Assembly (NCBI GenBank): GCA_046757025.1
Contig: JBHHXN010000183.1
Coordinates: 1 to 10,412 of the forward strand
Length of the DNA stretch: 10,412 nt
Direction: 5' to 3'
From: a bacterium
Lineage (GTDB): Bacteria > Zhuqueibacterota > Zhuqueibacteria > Oceanimicrobiales > Oceanimicrobiaceae
The notes beneath the pieces were generated by a model that was not told the origin of the DNA, searched no databases, and saw only the letters and a list, made by a program, of their open reading frames with translations. Of the stretch, positions 1 through 6,642 are shown piece by piece. A program made the translations under genes and the position numbers. Within the stretch, counting starts at the first letter, position 1. Every line of letters starts with the position of its first letter.

Positions 1-3
1 TAA

Positions 4-143
4 CTGTAGTTTGGCAAATTTTCATAATTATGTAAACTTGAATGCAATTTTATTCCTAAAAAACAACAGGTTATCCCAAAATTGAGGTTCTCGAATTGAA
101 ATATTGATTTTTAATGACTTAACGTATTTTTGCCAAACTACAG
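4..143. mobile_element. MITE-like non-autonomous element (140 bp)
   Basis: CTGTAGTTTGGCAAA (4-18) and TTTGCCAAACTACAG (129-143) are perfect 15-bp inverted repeats. They are flanked by the direct repeat TAA (1-3 and 144-146), which looks like a 3-bp target-site duplication. The interior is AT-rich with no ORF and carries an internal palindrome CATAATTATG (23-32). Confidence 0.7.
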
Positions 144-555
144 TAATGTAAGAACTTCTATATTTTTTACATTCGAAACGGTTTACCTGCAGAAAGTCAG
201 AGCCAGCCTGTATTTAAATAAAATCGGTACCATGTCATTATTACTTTATTATTTCACTGCCAGGATTTTATTCTATCACAGGTAATTTAACATCGTAGAA
301 TCAGCCATACTTTATTTTAAACATTTAACTTACGCTACCATAAGTAAAATCTATATTCACAAGTCTGCAGTAAAGAAAATCCAATCGCATGCACTTCTTT
401 TTTCAATCAAACATTAACGAATATTAATTTTTCTGAATAACTATTAATCACGCATGACATCAAATAGATTATACTATTGTAATAAATACACTAACGACGG
501 TATTTCTGTTAATTAATTTGATTTTTATTCTTTTTTAAGCTCAACTGATGGCAAT

Positions 556-572
556 AGCGTTTAGCGTGCCAG
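556..572 (-). promoter_or_regulatory. Putative sigma-54 (-24/-12) promoter pointing leftward, away from the T2SS cluster
   Basis: The minus strand reads CTGGCACGCTAAACGCT. This gives a perfect TGGCACG -24 box and exact GG-N10-GC spacing. The -12 element is ACGCT rather than consensus TTGCW. Confidence 0.45.
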
Positions 573-574
573 AC

Positions 575-594
575 ATCGACAAAGTTTTGTCGAT
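575..594. promoter_or_regulatory. Palindromic candidate transcription-factor site ATCGACAAA-GT-TTTGTCGAT
   Basis: Perfect 9-bp arms (575-583 and 586-594) with a 2-bp spacer in non-coding DNA, immediately upstream of the sigma-54-like motif. Confidence 0.5.
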
Positions 595-604
595 ATGATT
601 CGAA

Positions 605-747
605 AAAGCACAATTAAACAAACATCAAATGACAATCAAATCTCAATTTACAATTTTCAAAATCCCAAACAGACTTCGCTGCGTTTTGAGCATTAGTGAT
701 TAGAATTTGAAAATTATTTGTGATTTGCTAGTTGAGATTTGGGATTT
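605..747. repeat. Long imperfect inverted repeat built from ~7-bp AAATYNC-like units
   Basis: Left arm (605-670): aaagcac aattaaac aaacatc aaatgac aatc aaatctc aatttac aattttc aaaatccc aaac. Right arm (683-747) reverse-complemented: aaatccc aaatctc aactagc aaatcac aaat aattttc aaattct aatcact aatgctc aaaac. Both arms show four ~7-mers, one 4-mer, four ~7-mers, then AAAC, around a 12-nt spacer (671-682). Confidence 0.75.
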
Positions 748-996
748 CCTTTTCGCTTTAATGCGTCAGCCATCTTTTCGCATCAGCGTCGGCGAAATGG
801 TTTCGTGTATTACGAATATAATTATTGCTTTTGGGCAAAATTCATTCAATGTTTTGGTCGTAAATTTTAAATAACAATCTCCAATTCATTAAAATTAATA
901 TTATAACTTAATAATCTCATTTTAAAAATCAAATTAAATATTTACCGTATTCAGAGAAACTATCTAATCATTCCAGTTTTTTGTATTAAAAATTAT

Positions 997-1000
997 GAGG
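997..1000 (+). promoter_or_regulatory. Shine-Dalgarno-like GAGG for gspE
   Basis: GAGG lies 7 nt upstream of the GTG at 1008. Confidence 0.45.
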
Positions 1001-1007
1001 CTATTCA

Positions 1008-2633
1008 GTGAACTATTCAAGTGACATTGAAAATACGGTGAAAAATACCTCTGCATATAATCCACTGCCTCAGGTACCCAAGAATAGAGCCCTCACGCAT
1101 CCAAAAAATGTCACAGCCAGCCTGTTAGCGCTGCTGAAAGAACCTGATTTGAAAGCAGTCAAGGACCTCATGCCGTCTGCCATCGCTTTGCGTTACAAAA
1201 TTGTTCCTCTGGTCAAGGCCGCCAACCGGCTGCAGATCGCCATCGCTTCGCTGGACGATGTGGCGCTTCTGGACGAAATCAAATGGGTTTTGGGAAAGGA
1301 AATCGACCCGCTGCCGGCGGAGCAGGATGTGATCGAAGAAGCGCTCAGAAAGATATACGGCCTCGGTGCCGAAACGGTTGGCCGGTTGCTCAGCGATCAC
1401 AGCGAAGGTATTTTTGTCGATCTCACCGCCAGTTTGACCTCCGACCTCGATGACGAAGGCGAAGAGGCTAGTATCGTCCGCTTTGTTAATGAGCTGCTCA
1501 TCGAGTCGTTTCAGGAGCGGGCCACGGACATTCACATCGAGCCCTCGGAATCCAGCTTGCGTATTCGTTATCGAACGGACGGCATACTTTATGAATTTCC
1601 GGTGCCGGAATCGCTGCGCCATTTACATGCCGCCATTGTATCGCGCATCAAGATCATGGCCAACTTGAACATTGCAGAGCAGCGTTTGCCGCAGGATGGC
1701 CGGATTAAAGTGCGCACCGGACAAAAAGATTTGGACTTGCGCATTTCGATTCTGCCCACTCCCTTTGGGGAATCGGTTAATCTGCGCATCCTGAACAGTC
1801 ATCAGGTAAACCTCGACCTAAAATGTTTGGGTTTGCTGCCTCGAGACCAAAATATCATCGAGAACTTGATCGAAAAACCGCACGGCATCATTTTGGTGAC
1901 CGGACCCACCGGCAGCGGTAAAACCACCACCCTCTATTCCTGTCTGAATCGCCTGATCGACTCGGAAAAGAAGATCATCACCGCCGAAGATCCCATCGAG
2001 TATCAGCTGCCCGGCATCACTCAGATTCAGGTAAACCAAGCCATCGGGCTGACGTTTGCAAACGGACTGCGGTCCATGCTGCGACACGATCCCGATATCA
2101 TGCTGGTTGGGGAGATTCGCGACCACGAGACCGCCGAAGTCACCATACAGGTGGCGATGACCGGTCATCTGGTTTTCAGTACGCTGCACACCAACGACGC
2201 CGCCAGCGCCGTCGCCCGTTTGATCAACATGGGCATCGAGCCCTATTTGATTGCCGCCTCTGTGGAATGCATCATCGCCCAAAGGCTGGTGCGGGTCATC
2301 TGCCCCAAGTGTAAATTCATGGTCACCGAACATAACGGCAAAACGGAGTTGATCCAGCGTCTTTTCGCAAAGGATGCACAATTTTATCATGGCCGTGGAT
2401 GCGAGTACTGCAAAAATTCCGGGTATTTTGGCCGAACCGCTATTTATGAGTTTTTGTTGGTGGACGACGAAATTCGCGACCACGTGGTTAAAAAAACCCC
2501 CGCCAACCAATTACGGCAAATCGCCATGGAAAAAGGCATGGTGAGCCTGCGTCAGGATGGTATCGAGAAGATCAATCTCGGCGTTACCACGTTGGAGGAA
2601 GTGCTCAGAGTCACGCAGGAAGTGGAGGGGTGA
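1008..2633 (+). CDS. gspE: T2SS/type IV filament assembly ATPase, GspE/PulE/PilB family
   Basis: Walker A GPTGSGKT, Asp box TAEDPIEY, Walker B DIMLVGEIRD, His box TGHLVFSTLHTN, tetracysteine CPKC...GCEYC, ATDIHIEP and LPQDGR motifs, and C-terminal GVTTLEEVLRVT. GTG start with SD; in-frame alternative GTG at 1038. Confidence 0.96.
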   Translation: MNYSSDIENTVKNTSAYNPLPQVPKNRALTHPKNVTASLLALLKEPDLKAVKDLMPSAIALRYKIVPLVKAANRLQIAIASLDDVALLDEIKWVLGKEIDPLPAEQDVIEEALRKIYGLGAETVGRLLSDHSEGIFVDLTASLTSDLDDEGEEASIVRFVNELLIESFQERATDIHIEPSESSLRIRYRTDGILYEFPVPESLRHLHAAIVSRIKIMANLNIAEQRLPQDGRIKVRTGQKDLDLRISILPTPFGESVNLRILNSHQVNLDLKCLGLLPRDQNIIENLIEKPHGIILVTGPTGSGKTTTLYSCLNRLIDSEKKIITAEDPIEYQLPGITQIQVNQAIGLTFANGLRSMLRHDPDIMLVGEIRDHETAEVTIQVAMTGHLVFSTLHTNDAASAVARLINMGIEPYLIAASVECIIAQRLVRVICPKCKFMVTEHNGKTELIQRLFAKDAQFYHGRGCEYCKNSGYFGRTAIYEFLLVDDEIRDHVVKKTPANQLRQIAMEKGMVSLRQDGIEKINLGVTTLEEVLRVTQEVEG

Positions 2634-2636
2634 TCC

Positions 2637-3854
2637 ATGCCGGTGTTTAAATATCTCGCAAAAGTCTCTCCATCCGAAACCGTAAAAGGGGAAATGACCG
2701 CCGAAAATGTGGACGCGGTCGCGTTTCACCTGAACGAAATCGGGCTTTTTCCTGTTGAAATTTCTGCGCTGCAGCAGGAGCAGGCTATGGGCCGAGGCAT
2801 CTTGAAATTTTTCGCGCGCAAGCCCGCCCGGGAAGCGCTGGTTCTGTTCACGCGGCAATTAGCGAATATGCTGGAAGCCGGCATGACTATTCATGCTGCC
2901 TTACACTTACTGCAAAAGCAATTTCAACAGGGGAGCCTGCAAAAAATCTTGCAGGATCTGGAACAGCGCCTGCGTGACGGCAGCCAATTTTCCGACGCCT
3001 GTGCAGCCTGGCCGAAAATATTTTCCTCGTTTTATGTCAACATGCTGCGAGCTGGCGAAACCGGCGGCATGCTAGGTCTGGTGCTGGAGCAGCTTGCGGA
3101 TCATTTAGAAAAGGATGACGATGTGCACAAACAGATTCGCGCTGCCATGGCCTACCCAATCCTGATGTTCGGCATGGGTGCGCTCACCATCGCCCTGCTA
3201 CTCACCTTTGTGGTGCCCGGCATCGTCACCATGTTTGAAGACGTCGGTCAGACGCTGCCGTTGCCCACCCGCATCTTGCTGAGCATCTCGCATTTCATTT
3301 CAAATTACTGGCTGGTCATCACCCTAGCGATTCTGGTGCTCATCGTCCTGTTCAAAATAAATTACAATAAAATACATTTCAAACAGAAAATGGATGTCAT
3401 CAAACTGCGCTTTCCTTTTATAGGGGCCTTGACCATTGAGGCGGAGGTCACACAATTCGCCAGAACCATGAGCTCATTGTTAGCTCAGGGGGTGCCAGTG
3501 CACAGAGCTTTCGAAGTGGTGGTAGCAGCCTGTAAGAACTCGGTGTTGCAACAAGAGTTTAAGCAGGCTGCCGATGCCATTCGCCACGGCAGCCAGATCG
3601 GAGTCAGCCTTTTAACCGGCGTTTTCCTGCCAGAGCTTTTAGGGCAGATGGTGACCATCGGCGAGAAAACCAATCAGTTGGAAACCGTGCTGGCCCGAAT
3701 CGCCCGCTCCGGCGCCAGAGAGGTGGAACGGCGAGTAGCCATCTTTACCAAGCTGCTTGAACCTGCCATGATTATTCTACTAGGAGCGGTCATCGGTTTC
3801 ATCGTTTTTGCGATGATGATGCCCATTTTCCAGATGGATTTTGTGGTGCAGTGA
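2637..3854 (+). CDS. gspF: Inner-membrane platform protein, GspF/PilC family
   Basis: N-terminal MPVFKYLA, motifs FTRQLANMLEAG, AGETGG, AMAYP and LLEP...MMMPIF, and hydrophobic TM segments. GGAGG at 2624-2628; starts 3 nt after the gspE stop. Confidence 0.95.
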   Translation: MPVFKYLAKVSPSETVKGEMTAENVDAVAFHLNEIGLFPVEISALQQEQAMGRGILKFFARKPAREALVLFTRQLANMLEAGMTIHAALHLLQKQFQQGSLQKILQDLEQRLRDGSQFSDACAAWPKIFSSFYVNMLRAGETGGMLGLVLEQLADHLEKDDDVHKQIRAAMAYPILMFGMGALTIALLLTFVVPGIVTMFEDVGQTLPLPTRILLSISHFISNYWLVITLAILVLIVLFKINYNKIHFKQKMDVIKLRFPFIGALTIEAEVTQFARTMSSLLAQGVPVHRAFEVVVAACKNSVLQQEFKQAADAIRHGSQIGVSLLTGVFLPELLGQMVTIGEKTNQLETVLARIARSGAREVERRVAIFTKLLEPAMIILLGAVIGFIVFAMMMPIFQMDFVVQ

Positions 3855-4648
3855 CCATGTACGATTTGATTTTCCACAGCAGCCTGTTTCTTCTCGGCCT
3901 TTTACTCGGCAGCTTTGCCGGTTTGTGTGCCTATCGCCTGCCCAGGGGCGAAAACGTCATCCGGGGGAAATCGCACTGCGACTATTGCCAGGCGCCTCTC
4001 AACTGGTGTCAAAAATTTCCACTGTTGGGTTATTTGATTTTACACGGGCGCAGTCACTGCTGCCGCCGGCGCATTTCCTGGCGTTATCCGGTATTGGAAG
4101 TTAGTATGGGGTTGGGTATCTGGTTTCTGGCGAGACAGCTCCCCGCAGACGGTACATTGGTTACCGCCATCCTGTTTTGTGGTTTTCTCGCCACCGGCAT
4201 GCTCATCGACCTCGATCATAAAATCATCCCGGATAAAGTCACTCTGACCGGCATCGCCGCAGGTTTGCTGCTAGCAGGCATCATTCCCACAGGCGATTTG
4301 TTAGACGCCATCCTGGGCGTGTTCATTTGTGGTGGATTTCTTTATTTGAGCGGCTGGCTTGGAGAACACCTGTTCAAAAAAAAACAGGCTATGGGCGGAG
4401 GAGATATCAAATTCGCAGCCATGATGGGCGCGTTTCTGGGCTGGCAGCTCGGGTTGCTGGCGATCCTACTTGCGGCGTTTGCCGGAGCCGCTTTCGGAGT
4501 GAGCAAGCAGGCGCTTGGCCGGCGCGAATCCGTTTCCACAGAGCTGCCCTTCGGCCCGTTTCTGGCCACGGCCGCGGTAAGCGCGCTTTTGTGGGGACAT
4601 CCAATCATCAAGTGGTACTCAATAAATTTTTTAGGAATGGAATTATGA
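3851..4648 (+). CDS. pilD: Prepilin peptidase / N-methyltransferase (A24 family, GspO/PilD)
   Basis: GSF...YRLP, Cys-rich SHCDYC...SHCC...ISWRYP, catalytic aspartate motifs IDLDHKIIPD and MGGGDIKF, and C-terminal LPFGPFL. GTG overlaps the gspF stop (GTGA); alternative ATG at 3857. Confidence 0.94.
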   Translation: MTMYDLIFHSSLFLLGLLLGSFAGLCAYRLPRGENVIRGKSHCDYCQAPLNWCQKFPLLGYLILHGRSHCCRRRISWRYPVLEVSMGLGIWFLARQLPADGTLVTAILFCGFLATGMLIDLDHKIIPDKVTLTGIAAGLLLAGIIPTGDLLDAILGVFICGGFLYLSGWLGEHLFKKKQAMGGGDIKFAAMMGAFLGWQLGLLAILLAAFAGAAFGVSKQALGRRESVSTELPFGPFLATAAVSALLWGHPIIKWYSINFLGMEL

Positions 4649-5100
4649 ATCTTTTAAAAAATGAAAAAGGGCTCACCCTCATCGAAGTGATGATGGTGGT
4701 AATCATTTTAGGCGTGCTGGTGGCATTAGTGGTGCCGCAATTTGCCGGACGGACGGAACAGGCCCGTCGCGCTGCAGCCCAGGCGGATATCAATGCCAAC
4801 ATCGCCATGGCGCTGGAAATGTACTTTCTGGATAACGGCGCTTATCCAACCACAGAGCAAGGTCTGGCCGCTCTGCTGAGCATGCCAGAGACGCCCCCGA
4901 TTCCGCACTCCTGGCAGGGACCGTATTTGAAGAAAAATACCTCTTTCAAGGATCCCTGGAAACAACGCTACGTTTACTCCTGCCCCGGTGAAAACAATCC
5001 AGAAAGTTATGACCTCTATTCCACTGGGCCCGATAGGCAGAAAAGCGGCGGCGACGATATCACAAACTGGGAAAGGGATGTAAGCCATGATTCGCAATGA
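4645..5100 (+). CDS. gspG: Major pseudopilin GspG (151 aa; real start is the ATG at 4645, not 4327)
   Basis: Class III signal MNLLKNEKG|LTLIEVMMVVIILGVL. GspG hallmarks ALEMYFLDNGAYPTTEQGLAAL, WQGPYL, DPW and the Ca-binding-loop-like GPD...DDITNW. ATGA overlap with the peptidase stop. Confidence 0.95.
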   Translation: MNLLKNEKGLTLIEVMMVVIILGVLVALVVPQFAGRTEQARRAAAQADINANIAMALEMYFLDNGAYPTTEQGLAALLSMPETPPIPHSWQGPYLKKNTSFKDPWKQRYVYSCPGENNPESYDLYSTGPDRQKSGGDDITNWERDVSHDSQ

Positions 5101-5572
5101 ACGCGGCCTAACGCTCATCGAGCTGTGCATGACGTTGATCATATTGGGGTTGATCGTGGCAGCGGCCAGTCCGCAGTTGGTACATTCTATTCGAAATCTG
5201 AAAACGAAAAATGCCGCGGAAAGCCTTGCTGAAAATCTCCTGATGATTCAACAGCGCGCCATCCTTTCGGGCCGGAACTGGCGTTTCAAAGTATGGGAAG
5301 ACGGCCGCGGCTACACGGTGGAAAAACGAGTTTTTCAGGACATCCCTGAAACACCAAACGCACTGCGTCAGGAAAGCTGGAAGATTCATTTCGAACAGGC
5401 ATTGCCTGCAACCAACATTTTGCATCCCCCTGCGGCAGTCTGGAATTTTTGGCCCGATGGCACCATGACAGACCTGAATTTAACGATAAGTGATGACAAA
5501 AACCGCAACTACCAAATTTATGCAGACGAAAAAACATTTAAAGTCAAATCAACTGACCGTTCATCGGAATGA
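5087..5572 (+). CDS. gspH: Minor pseudopilin, GspH/FimT-like
   Basis: MIRNERG|LTLIELCMTLIILGLIVAAASP, then QQRAILSG and FWPDG motifs typical of GspH/FimT. Positioned directly after gspG. Confidence 0.8.
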   Translation: MIRNERGLTLIELCMTLIILGLIVAAASPQLVHSIRNLKTKNAAESLAENLLMIQQRAILSGRNWRFKVWEDGRGYTVEKRVFQDIPETPNALRQESWKIHFEQALPATNILHPPAAVWNFWPDGTMTDLNLTISDDKNRNYQIYADEKTFKVKSTDRSSE

Positions 5573-5945
5573 ACGAGGCTTTGTGTTGTTTGAAGCCCTC
5601 CTGTCCATTTTGCTTTTATCCATTGGCATGGTGGCTCTGATCACCATGTTTCAAAAAGCGGTGCGTGTGGTGCAATTTCGCCAATACTACTACGCCCCGG
5701 CTCGCCAGGTGGCAGAATCGCTTTTAACGCAAGTCGAATTAGGAATGATTCCTGAAAACGACGAAGGTCGCATTTTTAAAAACGAAGAAAACATGACTTT
5801 CCATTACCAGATAAATTCAGAAATCTGGCGCAACCAGACCGGTTTGCAACAAGTAACCGTAATCGTGAACTGGTCCGATCGAGGTAAACCCGGCTCGCTT
5901 TCACTGACCACCCTGCTGCCGGTTACGGAAGTAGAAGTTGACTGA
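5520..5945 (+). CDS. gspI: Minor pseudopilin, GspI/PilV-like
   Basis: ...RNERG|FVLFEALLSILLLSIGMVAL with Glu5 and C-terminal LQQVTVIVNW...LTT strands. Start uncertain: ATG 5520 chosen; GTG/ATG at 5490/5493 are also in frame. Confidence 0.75.
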   Translation: MQTKKHLKSNQLTVHRNERGFVLFEALLSILLLSIGMVALITMFQKAVRVVQFRQYYYAPARQVAESLLTQVELGMIPENDEGRIFKNEENMTFHYQINSEIWRNQTGLQQVTVIVNWSDRGKPGSLSLTTLLPVTEVEVD

Positions 5946-5982
5946 AGATTTGTAATCTACAGAATTCGAACCAGACAAACCC

Positions 5983-6642
5983 GTGCAAAGAGTATTGAAA
6001 AAATTAATTCATAAAACAAAACCGGCGGTCAAAGCTTCTCTGATCGGCCGCGAACACGGTTTCACTTTTGTAGAAATGCTGACTGCGCTGTCAATTTTTT
6101 CTCTGGTAGGTCTGGCGACTCTGGCAATCATGCAAAGAGCCGTAACTTCCAGAAAAGTGACTCGTCAGAAAACCGCCGCGCTCATGCAGCAGCAACAGGC
6201 CATTACCGCCATTTCGGCGGATTTGGACAGTGCTCAACCTTTTACCGTCGGCCCCTTCCGCGGTTATGCCGATTCACTGCGATTCACCATTTTGAGACCA
6301 TCTTCTGAATACTTTAAAATCGTGCAATATGTGGCTTATTTTTTGAAAAGGGATGAGAAAGGCGAGGGATACTATCTCATGCGTTCCACTTCCGATTTTA
6401 AAGGCAGTACCGCGGCGGAAAAAATATTGTCCGATGTGGAGTCAATGGAATTGCAATATTTACCGAGGTTGAAAACAGAAGCACAGTGGCAAGATCACTG
6501 GTCGGAAGCCGACCAATTACCGCTGGCGGTGCGAATTCACATACTCCTGACGGCAAACTCAGAACCGATTGAAATCATTTGTCCAATACGATCTGATGGA
6601 AAAAACCGAAAACAAAATCAAGGCGCCCTCTCAACTTCGTAA
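5983..6642 (+). CDS. gspJ: Minor pseudopilin, GspJ/PilW-like
   Basis: ...REHG|FTFVEMLTALSIFSLV, ISADLDSA, and C-terminal WQDHW...LPLAVRIHI, a typical GspJ ending. GTG start uncertain; TTG at 5995 is in frame. Confidence 0.82.
   Translation: MQRVLKKLIHKTKPAVKASLIGREHGFTFVEMLTALSIFSLVGLATLAIMQRAVTSRKVTRQKTAALMQQQQAITAISADLDSAQPFTVGPFRGYADSLRFTILRPSSEYFKIVQYVAYFLKRDEKGEGYYLMRSTSDFKGSTAAEKILSDVESMELQYLPRLKTEAQWQDHWSEADQLPLAVRIHILLTANSEPIEIICPIRSDGKNRKQNQGALSTS

Noticed and set aside
145..173. AT-rich inverted repeat AATGTAAGAA / TTTTTACATT beside the MITE
   Set aside because: It is low-complexity and weak, and plausible by chance at this base composition.
180..345. Small ORFs in the upstream AT-rich region
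   Set aside because: The ATG-initiated frames I translated on both strands close within about 17 codons and have no recognisable features.
605..747. CRISPR array or coding repeat
   Set aside because: Units are ~7 bp, degenerate and inverted between arms, with no 23-47 bp direct repeats or spacers. No ORF spans the region.
763..800. GC-rich patch with GCRTCRGC repeats (763-770, 780-787, 786-793) and a possible bulged hairpin; riboswitch considered
   Set aside because: The matches are short and irregularly spaced, and I could not recognise a riboswitch consensus.
794..822. Sigma-70 promoter for gspE at TATAAT (817-822)
   Set aside because: There is no credible -35 at 17 bp (GAAATG), and TATAAT is expected by chance in such AT-rich DNA.
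1001..1020. CTATTCA direct repeat around the gspE start, resembling the end of the 7662-7720 element
   Set aside because: The match is only 7-9 bp with no partner inverted end, so it is probably chance.
2490..2501. A7C5 run in gspE as a slippage site
   Set aside because: The gene is intact, the conserved C-terminus follows in frame, and the run is short.
1125..3877. Antisense and alternate-frame ORFs within gspE/gspF (1125-1622, 1450-1668, 1589-1789, 1818-2510, 2511-2858, 2893-3075, 3485-3673, 3674-3877)
   Set aside because: They are shadows of strongly conserved sense genes and show no recognisable motifs.
4327..4644. 106-codon N-terminal extension of GspG shown in the ORF track (257 aa)
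   Set aside because: It overlaps the conserved C-terminal part of the prepilin peptidase. The class III signal begins at ATG 4645, which has an ATGA overlap.
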